From Paecilomyces variotii (taxonomy: Eukaryota): a stretch of DNA of 52,678 bases. Position numbers and translations under genes: made by a program. Positions 18,910 to 34,348 of the stretch are shown here, in pieces. How positions within the stretch are numbered: position 1 is the first letter of the stretch; each line of letters begins with the position of its first letter. Under the pieces are notes generated by a model. That model ran no database searches, had not been told where the DNA came from, and saw only the letters and a list, made by a program, of their open reading frames with translations. Location: assembly GCA_004022145.1 (NCBI GenBank), contig RCNU01000012.1; one strand, given 5' to 3'.

Positions 18910-21190
18910 CTACAAACCCAAATTCAGACTCTCCCAGTCCCATATGCGACCTAAATCGCCAAAATCAAAATTCACCAAATCGCCAAAGTCCGCCATGTCG
19001 GGAGTCGGCATTTGATCGATATCAAAATATGGGAATTCTCCGACAGGATCCCCTGCATCTTCACCGCTGGATGAAGTCATGCTGAGATTAGGTGGACTTT
19101 GGAGAGACTTTATTTGGGATTTGGAATCAGTGGTGGATGAAGATCGAAAGGTTTTTTCCTCATGAGATGATAGAGGAAGTTTCATGACTAGCCTGCGAAG
19201 GACCACGTTGCAAGTCGAAGCTAATTTCGTGAACCGCGCGAGCCACTCCATCATGTTGATAGCTGAGCCTATAGATTCGATCACTTTGTCTCGATGGAAT
19301 AGAGATCGGCTTTTGTCATGTATGATGGCGGAACAGAGGAAAGCTGCTGCATCGAAAATCATGAAGACGACAAAATGGAAGTTTGGTGTATCGGGGAATA
19401 TACACTTAAATAGGCCCTCTGAAGCGTCCATTAGTTTGAGGGAATAGGAGATGGCTCTTTCCTGGGTATTTCTCTCGTCAGGAGAAGCGGACTTCAAGTT
19501 CTTTGTAAGGGACCATTTTATAGGCGTAAGCATGATCATGTAACCTGAAATATGTAGGTGGTAGCGCTGAAGAGCAACATAGGGATGTTCCTCATCAAAG
19601 CGCTTATCCGGAGCCGCGATGTCGAAAGCAGGCGGGAAGGAGGAGAACCACTTTTCAGTCTCATACTGGATAGCATCTGCGTGAGATGAAGAAAGGGTAC
19701 CACCTGCAAGGCCAGGCATTTTGCATAGAGCTTGACCCAGTTGGCATTCCAGCACAATATGTGCTATCGGGGAGGGCAGATCAGAGTCGGCACCAGAAGT
19801 CTCTAATCGCATGCTGGGTATTTCAATGGAGCAGCAATTGCTATTCATGATGAGCGGTCGCGATAGTAAAGTCGACATTTGCCTTGAGGAATCGTAAGCA
19901 ATCAGAACAAAGCGCAAAGACTAGAATCCGTACCAATCCCAAGAATATAAAAGACACCAAACTCGCCGTCTCATTTCGCGTTCAAACTCTGTCATTGGTA
20001 CTTTTGATGAGCTTTTATGCAGACCTTAAGACGAGGTTAGTATCCCAGAACTATCCCAAATATCATAAAAAACCAGCTCAGAACCCTTCATACCTATTTC
20101 CTGGGCTTCATGGATAGCTGCAGCCAAAGTATGCCACGATTCAATGAACATAGCATCATTTTTGTACCAAAATGCCGTAAGAAACAACTGTTGCACCTGC
20201 GTCAAGCCCCCTTTGCCGGTAGGGATACTATGACTTAATTGTCGCGCGACGCGATGATAGCGCTCGCTGATGGTTTGAACCCTCTCACCCAGCTCCAGTT
20301 CTAGTCTTTTCCTCTCTTCTGTCTTCAAGAATTGAAGAGAACACGCACACACGCGCAGCACAAGACATGTGAATTCTGGAGAAACGCTTCCGCCGCTGGT
20401 TCGGACTTCCCACCAACGAGAATATCCATCTGAAAATGTTGGCGGATACAGACAGTAATAATGGTAATTTGCATCGTTTAGAAAGTTCTGTACCAGCGTG
20501 TCTTTAACAGTTTAGTCAGAAATCCTCCATATCTATAACCGTAGTTCCGTGATCTCATACCTATATACGGTTTCGGAGGCAGAGTACGCAAAGCACTCTC
20601 CATCTCAGCAGATAGAGCATCATGCCAGTCATCTGAAGTCGAACTGGTCTGTTGAATGTCAGTAACATCTCTATCCCTGTTTCAAGGAGAACATACATCA
20701 GCATACATCCCCGCTACATGCAAGCTCTGCGAGTCAGGTAGATATCCCAGAACTCTGAGATCTCCTTCTCCTGCGACTGCCGATATCCCAGGAGAATCGG
20801 CCTGGGCCGAATCCTCATCCACATCTTGCCGATTTCTAGACGGACTATATATACGCATCAGTGAATATACGTATTACTTAGCAATTTATCATACATGATA
20901 TACTAACCTCTCGCGATCACCCACTCCATAAGAAACCCTGCCCGTTTTCTTCGGGACGAATCGACAGAGATGAGAGATCCGTCTCATCCGGCAGTGATTG
21001 CAGGGCCATTCGCGACTACACTGTGAGAACCATCAGATCCTAAATTTCTTATAGAATATCCATCCATACGAGAAGAAAATGAAAAAGGAAAATGAAATAT
21101 ACGCTACGTTACCTTTTGCTTTCTCCGCTGACATTCCGTGCATGCTGCAGGACGAATGGCTTTTGCGGTACGGCTTGTTCGCTTTTCCAT
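18910..21190 (-). CDS. Zn(II)2Cys6 transcription factor with a fungal-specific middle homology region (7 exons)
   Basis: ATG at 21190, then ACTECQRRKQK|CSREWPCNHCRMRRISHLC. MHR motifs LPPKPYIDTLVQNF, SWHTLAAAIHEAQEIGLH and EREMRRRVWCLLYSWDWQMSTLLSRP. Six canonical introns. Acidic C-terminal tail. Confidence 0.93.
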
Positions 21191-22474
21191 TCTAGGCTGT
21201 TATCATGGATGAAAGAGGTCTGGGAAAACAAACATACGAGACCATATCCCAAAAAAGAATAAATTCATGTATAAATGAGATGATGTTGAAGAGGGAAATG
21301 ATTCGACATTGCGAGCTGCACGTGATAGGATACTGTCACGTGATGTTACGGAAAAGCAGCTCCGGATGATTTCCATTTCTGGATTCTTAGACTGCGAGTG
21401 GTAGATACAGTGTGGAGGAACACATGGAACGATTAGTTTTAAATCTACTGCAACTTCTGGAGATCTAATGAATATGATGAAATGAGATTAGTTGGGGCAA
21501 ATATGTGAAGATCTAGGATTACAGAAGCAAAGATTCTGAGAAAGTATATAAAAAGGAGATAATCTCTAGATTGCTTAGAGAACTAATTAACACTAAAATT
21601 TACCAGCTATTTATATCTAACAATTCTATCTAAATGCCTTAGCTATTCTGAGCTAAACTAAATATCTAATTAAACTAATCTATAATTCTTCTCCTATCTT
21701 TATTAATTTTATATAGATTAATATAGATAGTATCTTATTATAGCTGCTATTTAATTTATATAGATAATATAATAGTAAAATTTAGTAAGTTTATAGCTTA
21801 CCCTTTATAAGAGCTATAAGATTTAATATACCCCTTTAAGCTATAAATAATTTTCTAAAATAGAAGTATTAAAATTATATAAGATCTCCTAAAAATAATA
21901 GTATTAAATTATTCCTTAGCTTAATACTTATTATTACTAAATATTCTCTAGTATAATATTTAGTACTTTAATAAATGTTTTAAACTTAATCTAATTAAGT
22001 GCTTTAATAAATCTATTAGCAATCTAGTCTTTAATATTAATATATATAAGCTTAAACTGCCTATTAAATATAGCTTTATATATCTAGTAGTGCTTAACAT
22101 TAATATATTTAATTTAGGCATAAAACTAGAAGTTATAAGCTAGTTTTATAGCAAATTAACTATTTATATAGATTCTTATTAGCTTTATATTAATAAATTT
22201 AAGGTCTATAAGTAAATAAAATAGCTAAATAGCTTTTTTTATAATAGTAATAATAATATTATATTTTACTTTATATATTAATAAGCTTATTATAGCTTAA
22301 AGCTTAAATACTTATATAATTAGAATATTAGTAAATATATAGACTAATTTAGTTATAGACCTCTTAGTATTAAGGTCTCTAATATAATCTATATCTATAT
22401 ATTTAAAGATCTTGCCTAGCCTTTTAAGGGGATTATTTAAATTATCTCCCTATATAGTAATAATATAGTTAAGC

Positions 22475-22633
22475 TAATAGTAAACCTAGAGTTCTAAAGC
22501 TAGAGATAACTCTAGAGGGGAAGAAGTTATCCTTCTATTCCTAAGAACTGCTCTTACTAAATATATAAGGATAACTAAGTATCTGCTATCTTATGCTGAC
22601 TAATATGCTAAGCCTAGGTATAGATTTATATTA
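22475..22633 (-). repeat. 3' LTR of gypsy A (159 bp)
   Basis: Direct repeat of 44593-44751. Confidence 0.9.
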
Positions 22634-23883
22634 AGGTACCCTCTTTCTTTTAAAGCAGATATCTTTACTTTGCTTACTATATCTCTACTAATATATATTA
22701 TATATCTATTATTACTTAATCTAGCGCTATCTTAACTTTAAGTAAAAGTATAATATTTAATATAAATAAAAAGGTAAATATTAATATTACTTACTCTATT
22801 TTATTTACTATAGATAGTAAACTATATATTTATATCTAGATATTAAGAATATATCTCTAATACTATACTTTTACTACCTTAATATTATTAATAATATTTA
22901 GAAGCTCTGCTAACTATCCTATAGGAATAAATATTAATACTAGTATTTAAAATAAGGTTAGATAAGTATACTATTAAAGCAGTTTATATTTTATATTATT
23001 ATTCCTATTAGTATCTGTATATTATTTAAAGCTATTAATACTCTCTAGGTATTTGCTATTATTTAAATACTCCTAGTATTACTTACTATTACTATTCTTA
23101 TCTTAATATTACTTATTATTACTATTCTTATTATTCTGCTTTTTAATATTTTCTATATTCTTATTACTCTTAGTATTATTATTTTTAATATTAATAATCC
23201 CTTATAATAATAGCTATATATATTTAGTCTATAGTATTAGCTACTCTTAGCTCTTTTTTTATTTTTATATCTTAGGCAGTATATTAATATAGATATTATA
23301 GTTCTTTATCTTTTATTTTAGCTTATACTACTATAAATCTCTTTAATAGGCAATATATAGTCTATTTAATACTACTATTAGAGGTATATATATTAATACT
23401 AGAATATCTATATATATAAACTAGGGAATAAATATAGAACTAAATAAGAAGATAAAGTTTTAAGCTATATATTATTCTAAGCTTAATAGCTAAGTTCTTA
23501 TATATTAATATAATAATCTATAGAGAGTATAATATATACTATAAACTAAAAAAAAGATTATATTATTTCCTATTAATTAGACTATTAAATTAGCTAAGAT
23601 TCTAATATAATATATATATCCTTAGGCTATAAAGTTATATAGCTATTTAGTAGCGCGCTTAGCTAGTAATATAGTTTTAATAATAATATAGACCTATATA
23701 TTATATAGCTTAATATATTCTAATAAATAGCTATAAGTAATTAAGTCCTAAAGTATATTTACTAGTTTCTATATATTAAATATATCTATATCTAAGTGCT
23801 CTAGTATAGGGTTTAGCTCTTTACCTAGCCTATTACTATATTACTAGACCTTTAAAATAATAATACTCTTTATTATAGAGGAG

Positions 23884-24003
23884 TAAAATAATATTAGTAT
23901 TAAATAGAATAATATATTTATATTAATAAAATAATATTAGTATTAAATAGAGTAATATAGTTATATTAATAAAATAATACTAGTATTAAGTAAAGTAATA
24001 TAG
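23884..24003. repeat. 43-bp tandem repeat, ~3 copies, in the 3' region of gypsy A
   Basis: Unit taaaataatattagtattaaatagaataatatatttatattaa starts at 23884, 23927 and 23970. Confidence 0.8.
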
Positions 24004-25518
24004 TAGGTAAATTTTAAATAATAATATATTATATATTATAGTATTAATACAGTAATATAATTATATATATTAATTATATAATAAAATATATAAGAACTAA
24101 ATATCTACTAGAGAGACTAAATATAATATTTTTAAAGGGACTATTCTTTAAGCAATATATTTAAATAATACTTAGGTTATTATTAAAAGGTTATTTAAGT
24201 CTCTATTTATACTTATTTAAGCTATTAATTATAACTTACTATTGCTTATTTCCTATATTATTTCCTTAATATAATTAGGCCTAAATATTTATTATATTCT
24301 TTTACTAGGTTTAATACCTTACTAAGATCTTCTAGATAATACTAAATATTATACTAAGGTTTATATTTAATCTATTAAACAAGGTATTTAATAATATTTT
24401 TACTATAGATCTTTTTAATATAATAATCTAGTAATATATTAATTTTATAATGCCTTATACTATTATTATTTATATTAACCCTTATTAAAGAGATATTATT
24501 TATTAGGATAAAATATTTAAACAGATTATTAGTATAATATAGCTCTAGATAAGTAACTAAGAATATATTATAGTATTACTAGTGCGCAGAGATATTTAAT
24601 TAATAGGCTAATTATTTAATCTTATACTTTATTATTAGTAGTCTTATATATTAAGCAAATAGCTTCTATTTAAGGATTGCTATATTAAATACTTTATATC
24701 CTCTATATAGATAAAGTAAAACTTTATCTCCTAGTATAAAGTAAATGGCTTTATAATATTTATTATATATCTTCTTTATATTTATAGCCGCGAGCTAAAT
24801 AGTATTATATGCTTTAAAATATATTATAAAGTCCTATATCTTCTAAATTTAGCTATATAGATTAGTAGTATTTCTAAGCATAATATTATATATAAGCTTA
24901 TATAATATTTTTAAGGTAGTTACTAATAGGCTAGTATTAAATATAGCTTATATTAGCAATAATATTTTAGGCTAATAGCTTATATTATTAAGTGCGGCTA
25001 TATAATAATAGAGTATTATCTTAGCTATTTAGTTAATCCTTTTAAACTATTTATTAGTCTAAGAATAATAGGCGGTTAAATAAAGCAGTCTTATATTTAA
25101 TCCTTTAAAAAATCCTAACTATAGTTTTAATAAGAATTTAAAATTATAGTTAGATAAGATTACTAATAATATACCCTAGTCTCTTAGAGTTAATTATTTA
25201 AAGAATATTATAGCCTATTCTTTAGCTATCTATAAGTCTCTGCCTGTAATAAATATAACCTATTTAATAAACTTATATATTACTATAAAGACCTAATTAA
25301 ACTACTTAATATCTAGTAGACCTATAATAAAGTCTATAGTAATTATATAGAATAATATATTAAAAGTTAGAATTAGTTAGTAATTACTATATAGGGCATA
25401 ATATTATATTCTATTTAACTAGTATCTATAATAATATATAATATATGCCTTAACTTATCTTATTAGTCTATAAATAATAAAGTAATAAAGTACTACTATT
25501 ATTTAATACTATCTTAAA

Positions 25519-28500
25519 TATTAAGATATAGGCTTAAGGAGCAGGTTAAAATAAATAGAATAAAGTAGTTAATATTAGGACTAGCTATAAGATCTCTATC
25601 TAGCTAATTTAAACTAGAACGAGCTATTATAAGCAGGCTTAGTAAATAAGATATAGCTTAAGAAGCTTAAATTTAAATTAAGCTATATGCTAAAGATATC
25701 TTTATAAGATTATATAACTTCTTATATAATCTCTTATACTAGCATTATAATAATATTCTCTTTCTTAAGATTAAGCTTTATTAAGATTATTCTTAGGCTT
25801 TAGCTTATTTAAATAGTAGTAATAGAAGTTTATAATAATTTTTTAAATATATTATAGGTAATATATAGGCTCTTTAGTTAAATTATTATAACCTAACTAT
25901 TTAATAATATATTATAGTTAAAGGCCTTTATATTTATAGTATTTCTATTAGGAGTCTAGGATATTTTTAATAACTTATTTTTTAAGGCTATTAATTTTAA
26001 TAGGCAATAATAAAGGTTATTTTTATCTAGATATAGAGTCTTTAGCAATAAGGTAAAGTAAGCTAATATTAAATATAGAATAGATATATATTAAGACAGG
26101 CAGATTAAGCTAATAGGTATATAGGCTAATAATCTTAATAATATAAAATAGGCTAAGATTCTTTTAATTAAGTTTCTTTTAAAGATGCTAAATATAAATA
26201 TTCTAGGTATTTAATTAAATAGACTATCTTATATAATAGCAGTAAGTTAAGATTTAGTAATAATTAGTTTATTCTTTATAATAGGCTTAGATAGTATAAA
26301 TCTAGGTATAAATATAATTTATAATATCTTATATCTTTTTAATAAAGGCTTTAATATCTCTAATAATAGGCTAGTTTATAAGCTAAATAGGCTTAAATCC
26401 TATATATAGATAAAACTTATAATTAGTAAAGAAGAGTAATATTTTAATAGTCTTAAAATAATAGGAGTTTAATATAAACTTAGCTAAAGATAGCTAGTTA
26501 ATCTAATTATCTTATAAATAACTAATATAAGCATATAGGTATTATTTTAAAATAATATTTATTCTTTTAATCTAACTATTAATCTTAGAATAATAAGTAA
26601 TAAATAATAGGTTTATAATATCTAAGTATTAGGTTAAGTATTTCTAGAAAGCAGTAATAAATTAAGGGCCTTAATTAAATATTATAGTCTTTAATAGCCT
26701 ATAAAGCTTCTATATATAATAAATATATAATTATATTATTTCTTTAATATTATAAATAGCCTAGTAAGAAATAAAATACCTTATCTTTATAAATTAGTTT
26801 ATAGTAACTAATATAATATTATAACCTTAATAAGATATAAGTCTAGTAATAAAATCTATTAAGATATCTTACTAAAAGTATTTAAAAATAAAGAGCTAGT
26901 ATAAAACTCCTTAGCAGCCTTTATTTAAGAGTATAATATAATAATAAATATAATAATTCTAGGTCTAATAATTTATATATTAATATATATTTAGCTAATA
27001 ATACTCTTATAAGATTAGGTTATAAAGCTTATATTTTCTAAGGTATTTAAGTATATACTTATTATAATATTCTTATAATAAGTAGGCTCTTAGCTTATTA
27101 TAATTAAGAATATATAAATAGTCTTTATAGTATAAATATCTTTCTCTTTACTAATAATTAGCTAATATAATCTTAGGATAATAATTAGCTTTATAATCTA
27201 AGGCTTATAAGATAGACTATATTAAATTATTAAATAGATAAGCTATATTTAATAAGTCTTTAATATTAAGTAAATATTTTAGTTTATTAAGTATAGCGGG
27301 GGAATTTAATTAATCTTATTTAATAAGCTAGGCTACTTTTTTAATAGGCTAAATAGTCTTTTTAATAGACTAAATTATCTCCTTAATAGGTTAAATAATC
27401 TTAATAAACTAATTAGGTAATAGAGTAGACTAAATAGGTTCTCTAAGCTAAATAAGTTAATTTCTTAAAATAAGTTAAGTAAGTATTCTTATAAATTTAA
27501 TAAGATTTCTAATCTTTTAAACTATTAAATTAGCAAAGTAAATATATTTTATTATTTAACTCTTAGTAATAGCTTCTAGTTTTAAAGATCTTTAAATCTA
27601 TAGGTTAAGGTTCTCCTTCTTTAGGACTATCTAGCTCTAATACTATAGCTATTTATTCCCTTTTTTAAGGAGATTTTTTAACCTCCTAATTAGAATATTA
27701 GGCTTTACTTTTTATTTTTTAGGTTAATATATAATTTAGAAGTTAAACTAAGATAAGAACTTAAACTAATAGGCCTATTATTAGTTTAATAGTTTAGTTA
27801 ATATAAAATATTCTAGATTATAATAGTTTATAATAACTTTAATTAATAATAGTATATTTTTAAGCTTAAAGTATTATTCTTTAAAATAGTAAATAATTAT
27901 TAGTAGCTCTTTATTATAAATCTTATAATTATATTTTATAATAAAAAGCTTCTTTAAGAAAAATATAATAAGATATAGGATTTCTTTATTATTATATTAG
28001 GATATAACTCTAGCTAATATATAATTAGATAAATTAGTTTTAACTATAATCTTATAGGTCTAGTTAAATAGCTTTAAGATTAAGGCTTAAATAAATACTT
28101 CTTTTAAGGCTTTAAAACTAGACTAATAGGTAATTATCTAATTAAAGAAAACTTTTTTTTAGATTAAGTTTATAAATAATATAATTATTTTAAAAAAGTT
28201 ATAAATAAACTAATAATAAAAGTTACTAAACCTAATAAAGGCTTATATATTAATTATATAAGTTAGGGTCCTCTATTTAATAATTATTTTTATCTTATCT
28301 AAATTTATTTTAATATAATCTTAGCTAATAATAATGCTTAAGAACTTAATCTTAAAGATAATAAACTTATACTTCTAGATCTTTATATATAGGCTTATTT
28401 TATATAGCTTTTATAAGATAATATAGATATATTAGATATATTTAGAATAAGTTATATTATATACTAAGATATTATTAAGGTATATAATATAAAAGATATT

Positions 28501-31422
28501 AAGGTAATCTTATAGGATATTATTAATAAATTATTAAAATATTGCTAGTACTCTTATTAAGCTAAATAATATTACTAATAATTTAAATAGGCTAAGTTAA
28601 GTATAAAAAGTAGTTAGGTATTCTTATCTCTTTTTAATATAAAGATTATTAAATATAGAAATAATATTAATCTTTATAAAATACTTTATTCTTTTTAAAT
28701 TATTTAGAGTCTTCTTAATTAAGAGTAGAGAATATTAATCTTTAATAATTATTATATTTAGGGCTTAATAATCTATATAGATCTATATCCCTCTACTAAG
28801 CTTCTTAATAAATAGAATTAAAGATATAGCGGGCAATAAGCTTAGGCAGATAAATCTCTTTCTTAGGTTTTTTTTAATTTATTCTTTTAAAATCTTTAAT
28901 TTATCTTAAGATATAATATATAGGGATTTAAAAAAAAGTAACTTCCTTTTTAATAACTTAATATTATAATTATAAAAATAATATAATAATAGGCGCTTAG
29001 CCTCTTTAAGAGAAAAGATATTAATATAATTCTTAAACTCTTTAGATAATAAATAGGCAGAGTCTTTTTCTTAGATTTATTTAATCTTTAAAGCAGTATT
29101 TAGGTCCTTTAAGATAATTATAAATATTTAAATATTTTTTTAAGTATAGATAAAATAGGCAGCTAAAGAAATAAAGGCTATATTTCTTTTTTTTAATCTT
29201 CTAAGTCTTAAGGACAGGTATTAAGGTAAAGCTTTTAGGGGAATATTATATAAGGCGGGTATTTTAATTAGCTTTAGGAATATATTATAATTCTTTTAAT
29301 AATAATTATTATTAAAGGCAATATTATAGATAGTAAATTATAGGTGCGAGTTATAATACTTTAACTAGAAAAATCTTAAAATAATAGAGTAGTGTATTAA
29401 TTAGATAATATAAAACTTAGCATTTTTTTTAAAATAATCCTTAATTCTTATATTTATCTAGATATAATATATAATCTTCTTATCCTCTAGTTCTCTTCTA
29501 TTAAATATATATAAAATAATTAAACTCTTTAAGAGAATAGGCTCTAACTTCTAGTCTTTAGCCTATTCTTAGTATATAAATTCTTATCCTTTAGCTCTAA
29601 TATTAAGTAGGGCATAAATTAGTAAATAAATCTTTTTTTTCTTTTTTTCTAATATTATAAATAATATTATTAATTTTAATTATTATAGGTATTCTTTAAG
29701 GTTAATTTTATAAACAGCAGCGGCAGAAATTTAAATAATATATAATTCTTAAGCCTAGCCGCGACTTATTCTAGGCTTACTCTTTTTATTAAAAACTAGC
29801 TAAGAGATAGACTATATAAGTCTAAGAACTAAATTGCCTAGGGAGTTTAGAGATAAGATTTATATATAGCTATAATCTAGATCTTCTAGCAGTTATTTAA
29901 ATATAGGCAGTTTTTAATATAATATTTTAAGGAGCTATAATAGAAATAAGCACTAATTTTATAATATAATAAGCTATATCCTTTTTTATCTAAATATTTA
30001 GAAGTACTTAAGTTTATTAGGTTATATAGCTATGCTAGGGCTAATTTACTCTTTTATATAAGGCTTTTCTAAAGCTAATTATTATATCTTATAGCTAAGG
30101 CAAGACTTAAAACAGATAAAGAGGACTAAGTATATTAAATAGATTTTAAAATAATAATATAAGTCTTTATAGTAAAAGGCTAGTTTATAATATATTAATA
30201 ATAATAATTCTTAAAATCTTATAAGAATTTAGCAAATTAATAATACTTATAACTTAGGGGCTAATTATATAATAATATTTCTTAGAGTTTTTAATTAATA
30301 GCTTATTTAAGCAGGGTAAATAATATTTTTTTAAATATTTCTTTTTTTAGCACTAGGTACTAGAACTTAATAAAAAAGATTTTAAATTCTTTATTAGTTT
30401 AATAGAGATTAAATAATTTACTATATATATTATTTATATAATTAAGATTATTAAATATATACTCTAAGATATTTAGAATCTCTTAATAATTGCTAAGAGT
30501 ATAAGTCTTATCTCTAATATATAGCAATACTTAGATATAAGGCGCATCTTTTAAATAATTAATTATATAGGCTATATAGCTCTAGGGGGTTAAGAATTAG
30601 TCTTAATTAATTATTATCTTCTCCTAGATTTAGGCTATAAAGCGCTAAAGGTTCTTTTAGTTATCTTTAAACTTATTAAAGTTAAGGAATCTCTCTAAAA
30701 GTCTAGGGGTAGAGGAAGATATAATAATAGATATTTTAAATATTTTTACTAGAGCAGCTATAGGCCTTTTAATACTAGACTTAAGTTTAAATATAAATAA
30801 AGGTATATTTATAGTAAGTATAATTATATAGCAGGCTTAATCTCTTTTAAAAATAGCCTAAATATATTATTATTCTTTTTCTTAAAGCTAAGTCTTCTAA
30901 TATTGCTAAATAGCCTTAAGTTTAATAACTTCTTATTTAAGTCTCTATTAAACAGCAGCAAATTCTTATTAAAGCTCTTAAAAATATACCTTAGCCTAAT
31001 AATTTATCTTATTTATAACAGTTTTAGCTTTACTAATATATTTATATACTAGGTAATAATAATTATATTATTCCGGCCTATAGCTAGTAATAATATACTT
31101 AATAAACTCTTCTAAAGTTATTAGTAAGAATAAAGGAATTAAGGCAAATATTATTAATAATATTAATTCTTAGGTAAGAGCTATATAGTATTAAAATATA
31201 GGCTCAGGGAGTAGGTTAGAATAAATAGAATAAGGTAGTTAATACTAGGATTAGCTATAGAATCTCTATCTAGCTAATTTAAACTAAAATAGGCTATTAT
31301 AAATAGGCTTAGTAAATAAAATATAGCTTAAAGAGCTTAAATTTAGATTAAGCTATACGCTAAAGATATCTTCGCGAGATTATATAACTCCTTATATAAT
31401 CCCCTATGCTAGCACTGTAATA
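25519..31422 (-). mobile_element. Ty3/gypsy (chromovirus-type) retrotransposon Y, copy 1 (5.9 kb)
   Basis: 234-bp LTRs at 25519-25752 and 31189-31422. TSD TTAAA/CTAAA (one transition). Minus-strand RT relic (MPFGL..APATFQ..YLDD-like, YLNN at 28471-28482). Chromodomain-like relic at ~25860-25960. Pyrimidine tract (minus-strand PPT) next to the left LTR. Confidence 0.92.
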
Positions 31423-34348
31423 CTAAATGCTTAATATTATTATATACTATATAGAAGATATCTTTTAGCACTATAGTTAATAGATAAAGCCTTTCTATTT
31501 TATTTATATCTATTATATAGAGAAGTTCTTTATATAAGATAAAGAATAGCATAAAGGTATTCTTATCTTATTAATTATTATAAGTCCGAAGTATAGTAAT
31601 AATTCTAGACTAATAAAGATCTACTTAATAGCCCTATAGTAACTATTACTTAAAATCTTCAGATAGCTTTAATAGAGTTATACTATATAATAGTTATTTA
31701 GTAGTATTGCCTATATAAGCTAAGCTAAAGAATACTTTATAATCTAGCTTTACTTTATCTAGTATATTATTAAGAGATAATAACTTAAACAATATATTTG
31801 CTATAATATTATATTTACCTACCTTATATTATAATTTAATTCTAAACTGCTAAATATATTAAGATACTTATACTAAATATAGATTTAACTTATTTATAGA
31901 TAATATTATTAATATAATTTATATTGCTATTACTAAGATAATACTATAATCTATAAATATTATAATTAGGTCTTGCACTATCTTAATAATATATTATATT
32001 TTATATAATACTTATATAAAATAGGTAATTTCTATTTTAATAGGCTAATAATTTTTCTCTAGTAAAATCTTTACTTAATTAGTCTATTAACTTATAAATA
32101 ATACTAGTTATATATAATAATATTTAGGTGCTGCTTTAACTAAAGAGGTAATTTTTAAGAGATATTTACTATTCTTAAAGTCTTTATCCCTAATATAATA
32201 TAATATAGCGGAAAACCCTATTATAAACATATTAAGGTTAATATAGAATTAATATTATAGAGTATAATAAACTAGAAATAATAGGTTAGTAAAATATTTC
32301 TATATCTAACAATATATATTTAATTCTGCTATTATTAGTATTATTAGAGATATATAAGTAATAAGTTACTACTATTTTATCTTTATACTATCTATAAGAA
32401 GAGACTATAATAATAATATTTTATAACTTTCTAAAGGCTCTACTATTATAATATATTTAGGGTAATAGTAATATATTTATCTTATAAGCTCTAGATATAT
32501 CTTTAATTATTTTAATATTACTAAGAAAGGAAGCTATATTATAGCTTTAAGCTTCTCTTCTATTAATAAGAGTCTTAGACTATTAATATATTAGCTAAGT
32601 AAATAAATACTAGGGTAACTAATATAGGACTTATTAGGGTTAATACTAATATTTAATATTTTAAGGTATCTAAACAGTATATAGAGATACTTAATATATT
32701 TATTCTCTAAATTAAATGCAGTTATAAGGTTATTAATATATACCTAGATAAAGTCCTAGAGATTATATAACTTTATATTTATTTATTACTAAATATATAT
32801 TACTGCATTCTTAAAGCCTATAACTATAATATTAAAGACTTCTTAGCCTTTATATATAATAATTATAAAAAATCTCCTATTACTTAGCTTAATATACTAT
32901 TAATAGAAGAACTAAATTATATTAAATATAGAGATATATAGCTTCTTAGTAATAAATACAAAAATATAGTTTTATAAAGGAATTAGATATATATTAGATT
33001 CTATAATCTTATTTAAACTATAGATATTAATAATTACTCTTAGCTTCTTTATTATTTTATTATTTTTTATAATATTATATTAAATAATAAAAACTAAGTA
33101 ATTAATAAGAGTATAATTTATTGCCTACTATATTTAGTTTTATATATATAGCTTATTAAACTCTTTATTAATAACTTCCTAGTCTTTAAGGCTTAATATA
33201 TATACCTTTCTATATTATACGGCCTCTTTCTCCTAGTCCTTAGTAACTTTTATTATTATCTATTTATTTTTAAGAATATTAATAAAACCTCTATTACGCT
33301 ATATATTATATTATATAATAACCTTTTAGAAATAAGTATAAATAAATAGTTTAATACTATATACTATAATACTATTTAGGAGTTTCTATTTATAAAGGCT
33401 TAATTTAGTTTATACTAGTAGTATTTAAGGTTTAATTACTAGTAGTATAGAGGCTAATATTTTTATATTTAGCTCAGCTAAAAATATATTAATATAGTTA
33501 AAGTTATAGAATAACTCTAAATAAATCTTTTTTAAAATAGTCTATTCTTATAATATAGAGTTATTAATTTAAATAAATAAAAAGTTTATATCTATAATAT
33601 ATGCTATAAGACTAATTATTATCTACTTATACCTAGGCTTAAATAAAAAATCTTAATCTGAAGGTAAGTCTTTAGCTATATATATTAGTATATAAGCTAA
33701 AAATTTAGGCAGGATTATAAATCTAGCAGCAGTATATATAGAATAAGGTTAAAGATATTATTTAAGTATTACCTTAATAAATATAATTATATTATCTATT
33801 CTTAGCTGGCATTTTATAAAGTTTAAGACTATGCCTAATAATATAATAATATTACTGCTAATAAATATATTTATCTATAATTTATTAATAATATATATTT
33901 CTATATAAACTTATAGTATAATCTTCTTATCTCTAACTATAGCTAGAAAGTCTATAGATATATTAATATACTTACTAGATTCTTAGACTGCAGTGCTAAT
34001 TCCTTATACTTATATAAATTTATTAAGCTATTTAATTATTATATATAGTAGGTATTCTTATAGAAACTTTTAATCTATTAGAGTTATATTATATTCTATG
34101 TTTAATATAAGATTAATACTATTTATAAATCCTATAAACCTAATAATAACTATTATATATTATTACTTTCTAAAACTTTTATTTAATATTTTACCTATAT
34201 ATCGCGGGACCTTAATTATATATATATTACTTAGTTCAGGTATATCTATAGTATATTATATAAGATATATATAGGCGCTTATTATGCCTATAACCGCATT
34301 AAATATAGATTAAGATTATATCTATTTAGTTACTCTATAGAAGTTAAT

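Noticed and set aside
23884..24003. Repeat array as a possible CRISPR
   Set aside because: Head-to-tail units with no unique spacers, inside a eukaryotic retroelement.
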